DNA of 64,000 nucleotides, taken from NCBI RefSeq assembly GCF_009914755.1, contig NC_060939.1; one strand, given 5' to 3'. The position numbers and the translations under genes are program-made. The notes under the pieces are model-generated. The model did not search any database. It was not told the DNA's origin and saw nothing but the letters and a program-made list of their open reading frames with translations. Source of the stretch: the human T2T-CHM13v2.0 reference genome, Homo sapiens. Positions 1-14,604 of the stretch are shown in pieces (positions within the stretch are counted from its first letter, which is position 1; each line of letters starts with the position of its first letter).

Positions 1-3000
1 ATCAGTAACAAAGTTAGGACAAAAGTGATGATTATTCTAAGGGGCACAAGCAGGGTCTGTCCCTTGGAAAGGCTTCTCCTCCCAGCCTCCTGCGGGTTTT
101 TCCAGTTTTCAGGCTGTTTCCGACGACCCCAAGAAGACGGCCACTGTTTCCCCCCTGCAGTGATGGAAATAATTAGCTCCATTCTTCCTATTTGAATAGT
201 CATGCCTAGCTGGCCTCTTAAATATGATCTTTGTGAGCAGTGCATTTTCAAACTCTCACAGGTTCTATTTTTACTTCTCTTGCTGAAGGAATGCTGTGGA
301 AGGCGATTCCAGCACAAAGGGCCCTAATTAATTTCCCCTGCCTTTAAATATTTTTTCAAAGTATGTGTTTGAAAAGGACATTTAAAAAAAAATTCCGTGA
401 CTCTGGAGGTGGATTCCAACAGTTCTCACTGCCTTCCACTTGGAAATCCACCTTCGCCTTGCCGCCTGGTGGCCCGGCTGGAGTGCTGTGTTCTGCAGCT
501 GGGCAGTGCTTACTGCTCCTCCTCCAGACAAAAGGGACAGCCTCCTCCATCCAGTCTCTCAGGCCACAGACCAGCTTAAGTCCTAGAGTCTGAGGGCCCA
601 GGGAGAGGAGGATGGTCGCTAAAGGCCTGGAGAGGTGAGGAGCAAATGGGGGTCTCTGAAGGCCAGAATTGTGAAAACACAGGACTGGGACCATTGGAAA
701 AACCATTAGGCCAGATTCTTTTGCCTTGAATCCCCATTCCCAGAACGGCCTCCGAGCCAAACCATACATGCCTGATGGTGATTTATTATTAATCTGGTTG
801 TCCTGACTGTGAAAGGATATTCCTCAAACTGCATGTACCCTCATAAGGCCAGGGAAGGGTCTGAGCCCAAAATCCCAGGGCAAGAGAAGTTTTTGCAATC
901 TGGAACACAGGGCTGGGGGAAGGTAGTTTTATCCTTTGAGAGTAATTCTGGTTTTCAAGGTCCTCGTTGAAAAGTTGTTTTGAAAGAGCAAAGCCTTTTG
1001 AAAACACACAAGAAAAGCTTCTCCCATTTCTAGCTCTCAGCTGCCAGTGGATAGGCTCTGGCTTCCTGGAGCGAATCCTAAGCCTAGGCAGGAAAGCTTT
1101 CCAAGGCCTCCAAGATGTGGATTGAGGGCAGGCTCCTGCATCTGAGAGCCCTGTGCCTGAAATACCATCATGAGTGCTTTATGCTGTAGGATTCCAGGCA
1201 CCATCCCTGGTAAAATGCAAATCGTCTTGAGGCAGCACATGAAAGGCGTGGGTGGCAGCGATGAGGACCGAGCTCTTCCTTTCCTGCTTCCCTCTCCTTT
1301 CTTCTTCCCTCCCCTGTCCTCATTCCCTGCCTTCTGTCTTGCCCACTCCCACCCCATTTTCTGTTCCCTGCCCATTTCCATTTTCAGCCCTTCTACCTTC
1401 TCCCTACTCTCTTCTCTCCTCCTCCCTTTGGCTCTTTTCCCCCTTGCTCCCTGGGAAGCAGCATCCCGTTTCTGCCTTCCAAGGTGAGTCCAGTCAGCAG
1501 CACTGCACCCTTGCTGCCAGACTTGGGGCCTTCTGGGCATAGCTTTGGCTGTGACTGGAGAAACAGGCTTCGGGCTGATCTCTACCCTAGGGTCCCCAGG
1601 GGCTTCCTGGGAACCCTGTGATGCCCTCCCTTGCTCCTTTCTGATGGAGAGGGGGTGGGGGGCTGCTGAAGGAAAGAGGGTCCTTTTCTTGACAGCCATA
1701 AACACTGATGAGCAAGACCCAGAGCAAGTCATCTGCTCTTGGTCCCTCAGGCCCAAGGACTCCAGACCCCTGGTTCAGCACCCTGGAAGACCTCTAGTTT
1801 ATGAGGAGGAGCCTGGACCGGGTCTCTGCTCTCTAGACAGTGATTTCAGATAACGTGCCCCAGTTGCCTTGTTCCAGGCCCGAACCTGCACATACAGGAG
1901 CAAAGCAGAGTATGCACGGCCCAGGACTGCCTCACACTCAGGAGCCCCTGACCCAGATGCTCAGTCCTGCACATGTGCACAGGAGCCCTTGCGGGTGGCA
2001 AAACTGTTCAGCTGCAGCTGCTCCACACCCCAGGGCAAACACATCCTGTGGGCATCTCTGGGGAAACCCAAGCCCAGTAGCCTGCAGAAAATGTGGCCAG
2101 GACAGACAAGGGCTAAGGAGAAGACCTTCAGAAAGCGTACAAATGCACACAAGCACACATGTATAAGCATGTGTGGTTGGCTGAAGTCCCAGAAAAATGA
2201 AAAAGAGGAAATAGGGCAAAAGTCATATCTGAAAAGATAATGATCAAGAATTTACCAAAACTGTCAGATAGGTTAATTCTATATTATCATAGGTAATTCT
2301 ATACTATTAATTCTATTTTAAACCCCAAAGCTCTAGGCAGTCTGATTTTAGAAGGTGCACTCATACCATTCTGCTATATAACCTGTATAAATTCATTAAT
2401 ATTTATCTTTTCATTACTCATATTGATGATTTTTTGCTCTCCCTCTTTGTTCGTTGCTTAGTTTTTCTAGAGGTTTATCAATTTCATTAGTCTTTCCAAC
2501 AACCAACTTTTGATTTTGATGATTTTCCTTTGTTGTTTATACTCTATTTCATTAATATCTGCTCTTATTTCTATTATTTCCTTCTGACTATTTTCTTTGC
2601 TATTTGTATAGCTTGCCATTCTTTTTCTAATGTCTTAGGATAGATACTTACATAAGTGGCTTTCAGCGTTTCTTCTTTTCTAATACATGAAGTTCAGGCT
2701 ATACATAGCTCTCTAAGCATAGCAAGCATAGCTTTAGCTGTATCTTGAGATAAATATTAGATAAATTGATTTCAGCCTTTCACTTTTTCTAATATAAGCA
2801 TTTAAAGTCATACATTTTCCACTAAGCACAGCTTTAGTTCCATAAGTTTTGATATATAATATTTATCATAGCATTCAATCCAAACTATTTTCTCATTTCT
2901 GTTGTGATTTTTTAAATCTATGTATTATATGAAGCATGATGCTTTATTTTCAAGCATCTAGTAATTTTCTTGTTATTCTTTCATTATCGATTCCTAGATT

Positions 3001-3631
3001 TAGTCCACTGTGGTCAAAAAACAAACTTTGAATCATTTCTGCCATTTGAAATGTGTTGAAATCTGCTTTATGGGCTAGCATGTGATCAATGTTGATAAAT
3101 GTTCCATGTACACTTGAATGCGTTTTCTATGGATGTTAGGGACAGCATAGCTTCTGTGTATGCAATTAGGTGAATTTTCCTAGTTACATTGTTCAGATCT
3201 ATATCCTTACAGATTTTTTTGTTGTTGCTTGTTCCATCAGTTACTGAAAGAGGTATATTATAGTCTCCCCTTAAAATAGTGATTTTTGTTTATTTCTCCT
3301 GTTAATTTTTGCTCCGTGTAATTTGAAGCTATGGCGTTAAATACATAAAAATTTGGAAAAGTTGTATCTTCCTGATGGACTAGCACTTTTATCATTATGA
3401 AATGTCTCTCTTAAATGCTTAGAAATGCTTCTTGCCTTAAACTCTACTTTCTCTTGGTTACAGTTCACAGGGTATATTTTTCTATCCGTTTACTTTCAGC
3501 TTCACTATGCCCTCATCTTAGGTTGAACTATAAGAAACTGCTATTTTTATAAGTCAAATATGGTTGACTATCGGCACATTAATGTGGTTCAGCTTAATAT
3601 TTAAGGACCCTTGTAAACAGCATAGCATTTA

Positions 3632-3961
<330 letters not shown>

Positions 3962-4635
3962 TTAAATGAAGTATTTAATTCATTTACATTTAATTGGAGT
4001 ATTTAGTTCTTTGGTTGATAAGTTTGGTTTTACATCTACCATCTTTACTATTTGTTTTCTATTTTTCCTAGACCTGTTTTATGTTCCCTTTTCTTGCCTT
4101 CTTTTGAATTAATAAGCTATTTTTCATTATTCCATCTCCCCCATTAGCTTGTCAGTTTTACATTCTGTTACTATTATTTTAGAGATTGCCATAGATTACT
4201 TAACTTTTTAGAATCTAATATAAAGTAGTACTTTTGTAAATTCTGGACAATGCCACAAGCTTGGTACATTTTAACTCATTCCCCTACTTTTTGTGTTATT
4301 ATTGTCTACATTTTAGTTCTATATATATTTTGAATGTCACATTACATTATTTTCTTGTAAAGTCAATGTTTATTTAGATGTACCCACATATTCACCCTTT
4401 CCGTTGTTCTTCATTCCTTCTTACATTTCCTTTTTTGCCATCTGGGGTCATTTTACTCTTGCCTGTCTAGAAATAACTTTATTTCGCATACACTTTGAAA
4501 GTTTTTACACTGGCTACAGAATCCTAGATTGTCAATTATTTTTATTTTATAAATTTGAAGATATCATTCCATTGTCTTCTGGCTTTCATCTTTTTATTGT
4601 GCTTTTGAAGGTATGTGTCTTTTCACTATAGACTT

Positions 4636-5000
4636 CTTTTCTTTTCTTTTTTGTTTTTTTTTTTCTTTCTCACTTTATCACCCAGGCTGGAGTGCAGCAG
4701 TGGCTCACTGCAGCCTCGACCTCCCAGGCTCAAGCAAGTAGATGGGTTAGGAATTTGAGACTAGCCTGGCCAACATGGCAAAACCCCGTCTCCAATGAAA
4801 AAAATACGAAAGCCTCTCAAGTAGATGAGACTACAGACCAGGCATGTGCCACCACACCCGGCTAATTTGTAAAATTTTTTGTAGAGACAAGGTCTCCCTA
4901 TGTTGCCCAGGCTGGTCTTTAACTCCTGAACTCAAGCAATCCTCCCACCTCAGTCTCCCAAAGTGCTGGGATTGCAGGCGTGACCCACCATGCCTGGCCC
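4636..5000 (-). mobile_element. AluJ with an internal ~75-bp opposite-orientation Alu insert
   Basis: Reverse-strand Alu consensus interrupted at 4736-4810. Confidence 0.9.
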
Positions 5001-5286
5001 CATGGACTCCTTTAAAGAATATTCTCTTTACCTGTAATTTTCAAAGATTCACAATGATGTTTCTAGATGTCATTTTCTTTCTTGCTTGGACTTTGTAGTA
5101 CTCTTGAATCTCTAGCTTGATGTCTTGGCATTGTTGGAAAATTCTTAGTCATTATTTCCATATCTCTTTAAATACCACTTCTTCTCCATTCTTCTCTCTT
5201 TCTCGTCTGAGACTCCAATTGTGTTAATATTCAAACTCTCCACCATGTCTCATATATCTCTTATATGCTCTTTAAGCACAACTTAA

Positions 5287-5560
<274 letters not shown>

Positions 5561-6060
5561 ATCAATTATATTCCTTTTCAGTTTTGGAATTTGCTTGATT
5601 TTTAAAAATAGATTGTTGTTCTCAAGCAAAATTCTTCATCTTGTTATATCTTTTTATGAGCATATTAATCACAGTTGTTTTAGTGTCCAATAACCCTAAT
5701 ATGTAAGTCACATATGGGTTTATTTTTCCTGCGTGTTTTTCTTGCCTGTTTTTTCTCTTGGTCTTGTAACTTGGAATACTTACTATTTTTTATTGAATAC
5801 TGGAGAGTTTATATTAAAACATGTGGAGACTTTGGATGATAACATCTTCTTCTATAGAGGGTTCATTCTATTCTCTGGCATGCAGTTAGAGTAGGGGCTG
5901 TTTGTTTACCTCCATTCAATCAAGGGCTGAACTGACTTGAAGTTGGTTTTAGTCTTTACAAATTTGTTCTTTCTCTTGTCATTTTTCCTCCAAGAGTATA
6001 GCCATCCAGGTCCAGGGGTATTTCTTGGGTCGGCCACTCATTCTTAGAAAATCCTAAATT

Positions 6061-6387
6061 CTTTCTTTTTCTTTTCTTTCTTTTTTCTTTTTTCTTTTTG
6101 AGACAGGGTCTCACTCTGTCACTCAGGCTGGATGGAGTGGAATGGCATAATCATGGCTCACTGCAGCCTCAACCTCCCAGGCTCAATGTGATCCTCCCAC
6201 CTCAGCTTCCTAAGTAGCTAGGACCACAGGCACACGACTCCATGCCTAACTAATTTCTTAATTTTTTGTAGAGATGGGGGTCTCCCTATGTCGCCCAGGC
6301 TGGTCTTGAACTCCTGGGCTTAAGCAATCCTCCCTCCTCAGCCTCCCAAAGTGCTGGGACTATAGGCATGAGCCACTGTACCCAGCC
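6061..6387 (-). mobile_element. AluJ
   Basis: Poly-T then reverse Alu (gctcactgcagcctcaacctcc...ctcctgggcttaagcaatcc). Confidence 0.93.
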
Positions 6388-6835
6388 CTAAATTCCAATT
6401 TTTGTCTCCCAGAGACCATGAAAGGTTTCCCAACTACCTTTTGTTTAGTTTCTTAGCTTCTCACCCTGCACAGCCAAGAATTGACAAATACCTCAAGTGG
6501 AAAAATGCTAACTGTCAGGTTTAGTTTTCTGTGCCTCCATTGTCTCTTGGACCTTGGCTCCTCAAGTCAGCTGCCTTGGGAGCCTAGAACTGTCCTTTTT
6601 TGTTCCTCTGCTCTATCAGATAGCCTAAAGCTCTGCTGGCTTCTCTGCTTCTTTGTGGGTAAACCCTACCAGGCCCTGCAGCCTCCCATATCCCAAGGGG
6701 AAAAGTGATGACCAGATATTGAGATCTTTCAAAGAACTTCCTTTTTTTTCTCCAAAATCTTGGCCCCTTAAATAGTGGTTGCCTTGGGTGTCCTACAATT
6801 CTTCAAAGATATTTTTAAAAATATTTTTTTCCAAG

Positions 6836-7152
<317 letters not shown>

Positions 7153-9721
7153 TCACTAGAAACTTTGGTCTGACACAAGTTACTTTATTGTAACCAGAAG
7201 TAAAAGTATGACTCTTGTAGCTTTTAAAATCTTGTTTTAATGATATTAATATTAATAAAAATCTATTGTTTTCCCTAATCCCTTTTTGCTGTTCTATGAG
7301 GAAATAACTAAATCATAAATTCTTTCATGCACTTTTTGCTGAGATAAGATGGGCTTATCTCCCCAATCATACTCTAATAAATGAACTTCACCATTTTATT
7401 GCATGTACCTTTTTAAAAGCGCCATGCTAAGCATTCCCTTCTTTGAACCCTGCCTTGATACTGTGGAGAAAGTAGGGATATTTTTTCCATTTTGCAAATG
7501 AAGACATTGAAGCTCATAAAAATTTCTTTAACCAAGAAGTTAAATAAATTCTTCTAAGGCCGGTAATTAGGTAGAGGAGGCCTAACTAAAATTTAGCTCT
7601 TCCAGCTCAAAGTCTAGTCACCATTTATGCTTCTTTTCTGTTGGAGGCTCCCTGAAGCCAGAACATTTTCCTGAACACTCCACGGGACTCACTAAAGGTC
7701 TAAATACACAGTAGATGCTCTGGTATTACTTGCCGAATTGATTTATATTATGTTGCAGCAGCTGATCAGAGGCAGAGGCTCCCAGCCTGAGCCTAGCCCT
7801 TAACTGTTGCATCAGATTTTATTTAAAAAGGAACAGAGAATAATAAATTAAATTCTGGTGCCAAAAGGAACCCACAGGAATTTATGAGAAATACAACATA
7901 AATTCACTAAAACTCCTACTCAGTATTTATTCCTCTCTGTCTTATATTTAGGCACATCTGGGTATAACTAAATCAGCCAAATCTGCCACTCTCAGACAGG
8001 CAGCTTAACCCTCCTCCCATTCCCCCTAAAAAACCCCAAAAACAAAAATAAAGCAAACTGACATCATATAACAGTTAATGGGGCTTATTATGGTCTAAAA
8101 TGACAGGCATGTAAATTGAAGCCAGTTCTGAAATAAGTCACTCAAAATTCAGGGGGGACGGGGGACAGATACAAACTTCATTTTCAAAGTAAATTCTGAA
8201 GCATTTTGAAAAGAAAAGAAGAGCTTTCTGTGAAACATTGCTGGAAAAGTCAGGAAGGACTACAGATGTTTTGAAGCAAATTACTAGTGAGTCTGTCAGA
8301 ATTTGGAAAAGGACAGTTTCCCCTTATTCTGGGTCATGGGAGGACTCAAGAAGGCTTTGTAAGTTACCCAGCTGAAGCTAACTCGATTCTTGACAGAGCC
8401 TTTTGCAGGGTTTAGTGAAAATATTTTTCATTTGTTAAAAAGTAGAAATGTAATTTCTGTTACTTGCTCACTCAATCAAAATCTCCAGACTCTTGTCTCA
8501 AATTCAGCCTAATTCATATCTATCCCCAGAACAGAAACCAAAACCCCCAAAATGGGTCAAAATTATCAACTTTGTTTACAAAATAAGCTGCTGGGCAGAG
8601 AGTCAAACTGGGCTTGCTGGATTTTTTTAAAATAATTTTAATCAACTTTATTTACTTTATTAAATTATAACGTGTTAAAATGCACCAACTTAAAGCTGAC
8701 AGTGCGATGAGTTTTTACAAATGTATACATTCATGTACAACATCAAAATCAAGATATAAAACACTTCTTCTGCCCAAAAAGTTTGCATATGTTGTGTCCC
8801 AATCAATCACTCTTACAACCAGCTTAAGGCAACCACTGATCAGCTTTTTGTCACTGGAACACAGATTTGTTATTTCTGGAGTTTCTAGAGTTTCAAATGA
8901 ATGAAGTCATAAGTATGTACTCTTTCACACCCGGCTTCTCTCATTCAGCGTAATTATTCTGAGACTTATCCATGTGGTTTCATGTATCAATAGTCATTTT
9001 TTATGGTTGAGCATGATTCCATTATATGCATGTACCACAATTTATTTATCCACTCACCAGTTTATGCATGTACATTTTGGTTGGTTTTCGTTTTTGGTTT
9101 TTATTAAGGTGTTATGAACACTTACAGATGGGTCTTCATATAGACACGTTTTCATTTCTCTTGAGTAAATGCCTAGGGGTACAATTGCTGGGTCATATAA
9201 TAAATGTATATTTAAGTTTATAAGAAATTTCTAAAATTTTCTGAAGGGGCTATACCATTTTAGACTGTCACCAGCAATGCTCCACATCCTTCCAATTCTT
9301 GGATTGTCAGCTTTTAAATACTAACTATTCTAATGGGTATGTAGTCATACCTCATTGTGGTTTAGGCTTTCATTTCCAGGATGACTAATGATGCTGAGCA
9401 TCTTTTCACATGCTTATTGGCCATTGGTGCATCTTCTTTTGGGAACCATCTTTTTTAATCTATTGAGCATTTTTCAAATTTTTTGTTATTATTGAGTTCT
9501 AAGTGTTCTTTATAAATTCAGGATATAATGTTCACTTTACATATAGCTTTTGTCAGCTATATGAATATTTCCTCCCAGCCTGTGGCTTGTCTTTTCCTTT
9601 ACTGAAGATGTTTTTCAAAGAGCAGAAGTTTTAAATGTTGAAAAAGATTTCTTTATTTACTTTATTAAAATATAGTGTCTTTGTGTATGTGTACCTAGTA
9701 AAAGGCACCAACTTAAAGTTC

Positions 9722-10092
9722 TGTTTTCGACAGAATCATGGTCCCCCAAAATTCCTATGTTGAAGCTCTAACCTCCAGTGTGACTGTGTTTGAAGACAGG
9801 GTCTTGAAGGTGATGATCAAGATTAAATGAGGTCATAGGGTAGGGCCCTCATACAATAGGATTGATTTCCTTACAAAAAGAGGAAGAGACACCAGAGAGG
9901 TGTGTGCAGAGAGAAAAGGCCGTGGGAGGACACAGTGAGAAGGCATCTGTTTGAAAACCAAAGACAGAGGCCTCAGTAGAAACCAAACCTGCCAGCCCCT
10001 TGATCTTGGACTTAACAGCCCCCAACAGGTACTTGTTATGTAAGTTACCCAGTCTGTGGTATTCTATTATGTCAGCCCTAACAAATTAATAG
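9722..10092 (+). mobile_element. MLT1A-like MaLR solo LTR
   Basis: gtcccccaaaattcctatgttgaagctctaacc...cccttgatcttggactt...gtctgtggtattctattatgtcagccc. Confidence 0.85.
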
Positions 10093-12934
10093 AAAAACCA
10101 AGTTATGAATTTTTTCTTTTGTGGTTTTTTAATTTTTCTTTCCCAGCTAGGCAATCCTTGCTTACCCCAAAGTTGAAAAGATTTTCTTCTATTTTTTTTT
10201 CCTATCAGTTTAACAGTTTTATCTTCCACCTTTAGATCTTTTTCCTGTTTTGGGTTCATTTTTATGTGAGGTTTATTTTTTCCTCATATGAATATCTAAT
10301 TATTCCAGTGCAATTTGTTGGAAGACTCTCTTTTCCTTTATTGAAATATGTTAACAATCAATTGACCATGTATCTGTGAGTCTATTTTTGATTCTTTATT
10401 CTATTCCATTGATCTATGTGACTAATTTGATGCCAGTGCCACACTCTCTTCATTACTGTAGCTTTGTAATAAGTTCGAAAATCAGGTAATATAAGTCCTC
10501 CAACTTTGTTTTTCTTTTTCAAAATTGTTGCAGATTTTCTAAATCTTTTGCATATAAATTTTACACTAAGCTTGACAATTACTTTTAAAAGCCTCGGAAA
10601 TTTTATCAGTCAATATGAAGTGGATTAACATTTTAGCAATACTCCAATCCATGAACATATTATAGCTCTCCCTTTATTTAGTTCTTTTAAAATTTCTCTC
10701 AGCAGTATTTTGTAGTTTTCAAAGTATAAATCTTACACATATTTTGTCAAATTTATCCCAAAGTGTTTCCTATTAATTGATGCTACTGTAAATGGTATTT
10801 TGTAAATTTTTATTTCTAGCTATTGTTGTTGGTAGAGAAAAACAGCTGATCTTTACTTATTAGCCTTGCATCCTGTGATCTTACTAAAGTCACCAAGTCA
10901 CTTAGGAGTTCTCAAACCTTTAAAAATGTATGTTCTTTAGAACTTTCTATGTACACAATTATGTTGTCTGCTAATGAAGACAGTTTATTTCTTCCTTTCC
11001 ATTCAGATGTCTTTTATTTCTTTTTCTTGCCTATTTCACTGGATAGGATCTTTAGGACAATGTTGAATAGAAGTAATAAAAGCAGATATTTTGTCTTGTT
11101 TCTGATGTTGGAAGGAAACCATATAGTCTTTAACCTTAAACTGATTCTCCTTATCAGGTCATACGTTTTTTATATATTCTCTTTATCAAGTTGAGGAAGT
11201 TTTCTTCTATTCCTAGTTTATTAGTAATTTTAATGATAAATTACCACTGAGTTTTTTCAAGTACTTTCTCTGCATCTATTGAGATGGATATATGGTTTTT
11301 ATCCTTCATTCTATTAATGTGGTGAATTACAATGATTAACTTTTGGATATCAAATCAATCTTGTTTTCCTGGGATAAGTCCTGCTTTTGCATGATATATT
11401 ATCCCTTAAAATATTGTTAATTCTATTTGCTTATGTTTTGTAAGGATTTATCACCATGAGTGATATTGATCTATAGTTTTCTTCCCTTTTTTGGTAATAT
11501 CTGTATGTAGTTTTATTTGTATTGGGACATGATGGTCTCATAATGAGTTGGAATATGTTCCCTCCTCTTTTTTCTGAGTGTTTTTTTTTTTTTCTTTGAA
11601 TTGGTATTTCTTTCTTAAGTGTTTGTTGGAATTCACTAGTGAGTTCATCTGGGTCTGGACTATTTTGTGTTTTGGGGATAGGAAAGGGGCTTTTAAATTA
11701 CGAATTCAATTTCTTCAAGGAATATGTGGTGCATTTAAGTTTCCAGTTTCAGTTTCAATTCCAATTTTGCTTAAATTTTAGCAGAAACAAAACTGAAAAA
11801 GCAGACAAAATGGCTTAATTAAACGTTTATAAATTCATGCATTTATTTCTTTTAAAAGCTAAATGGCTAAAGCAAACCTAAAAGGTGGAAACGGTGCAGA
11901 CTAATCCTAAATTAGTCTTTCTCTTTGCCTCAACAACTACTAGATATCTTCTGATCTCTGACACTCCAATGTTTCCTGGACAAACAAAGGGAGCGAAGTA
12001 CGTGGGTTGTTCAATAGGAAGTGGCTTGAAGGTGGTTTGGCAGGCTGGGGTTTTATTCCCTGACTCTCTGTGGGTACATTCTTACTGTGGCTCGTCAGGA
12101 GATAGTATTTTTTATCATATTTAATATGTTGGGAAGCATAAATCTATTTACTGCTTTTTGCTCTCTATATCCTTATCAATTTAGGAGTAAGTAGTCAGAG
12201 CATTTTATTTGCTTATGTTCTTTTCAAGTCATATCAGTCAACACAGGTCACAATAGGTAACACAAACAACTCTAAAGATGAGATATCACAACGTTCAAGA
12301 AATGTATTCATAACATGTATATGGCTATTTAGGTTTTCTATCTTTTTTAAGTTGTACCCTTTATCAATTGGCCATTTCATCTAAGTTGTTGATTTTTTTG
12401 ACATAAAGTCATTCATTATATTCCCTTACTGTGTTGTTATTATCTCTAGCATCTCTAGTTATGCCTCCTCTTTCATTCATTATGTTAGCACTCATGCTCA
12501 CTCTCTCTTTTTCTCAGATAAATCTTGTCGCAAATTTTTCAATTTATTGATCTTTTTAAAAGTCAGCTTTTGGTTTTGTTGAGTTTCTCAATTGTATGTA
12601 ATTTGCTCTTCTGTTTCTAAAGATGAAAGCTTAGAATATTGATAAAAACCTTTTTCCATTCTAATATGAGCATTTAAAGACATATATTTCTCATTAATCA
12701 CCACCATATCTATATGTCACAAATTTTGTTATGTAGAATTTTCATTTTCATTTAGTTGAAATATCTTTAAATCTCCCTGTGATTTACTCTTTGAACTAAA
12801 GGTTACTTAGAAGTGAAGTGTTTAATTTCCATACATTCTAGGATTTTTGATATTTTTCTGTTGTTGATTTGTGTTTTAATTCCATTTTGGTCAGAAAATA
12901 TGCTTTGTTTCAATCCTTAAAAATATGCTGAGAC

Positions 12935-13372
<438 letters not shown>

Positions 13373-14062
13373 TCAAATTGGTGATATTGCTCAAGTCTTC
13401 TTCATCTTTGTTGATTTACCTACTACTTGTACTATCAGTAATTGAGAGGGGTATGGAAATCTCCAACAATAATTATGAATGTCTGTCCTTGCAGTTATGT
13501 TAGTTTTTCTTCATCTCTCTTGAAGTTATATTAGTATGAGTTTACATATTGAGGATTTTTGTGTCTTCTTGATAAATTGTGTGCTTTATTATAATTAAAT
13601 ATTTCTCTTATGTCTAGTGATATTCTTTTTTCTAAACACTACTTCTTCTGATACTAATGTAGTCAAACCAGTTTTCTTATGATTATTATTTTCATGGTGT
13701 ATCTGAGTTCCTCCTTTTACTTAGAAAATATGTATGCCTTTACATTTGAGGTGGATTTCTTATAGATAGCATATAGTTGAATCTGCCTCTTTATTGTTTA
13801 GACCATTTACAGTTAATGTAATTTTTGGTATAAATCTGCCATTCTATTGTTTGTTTCTTGTTTGTCTCATCTACTTTTTGCTCATTCTTTTTTGTTTTAT
13901 TTTCAGGGGTTGCTCTGTGGCTTACAATATATATCTTTAGCTCATCATAGTCCAACTTTAAATAAAATTACATACTTTTACATACAATCCATGACCCTTA
14001 CAACACTATACTCTCATTTCCCCCACCCATCCTTTATGCTATTATTGTCATACACTTATTCA

Positions 14063-14604
<542 letters not shown>

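Noticed and set aside
1037-1756. 239-aa minus-strand ORF
   Set aside because: Driven by the purine/pyrimidine low-complexity tract; no domain.
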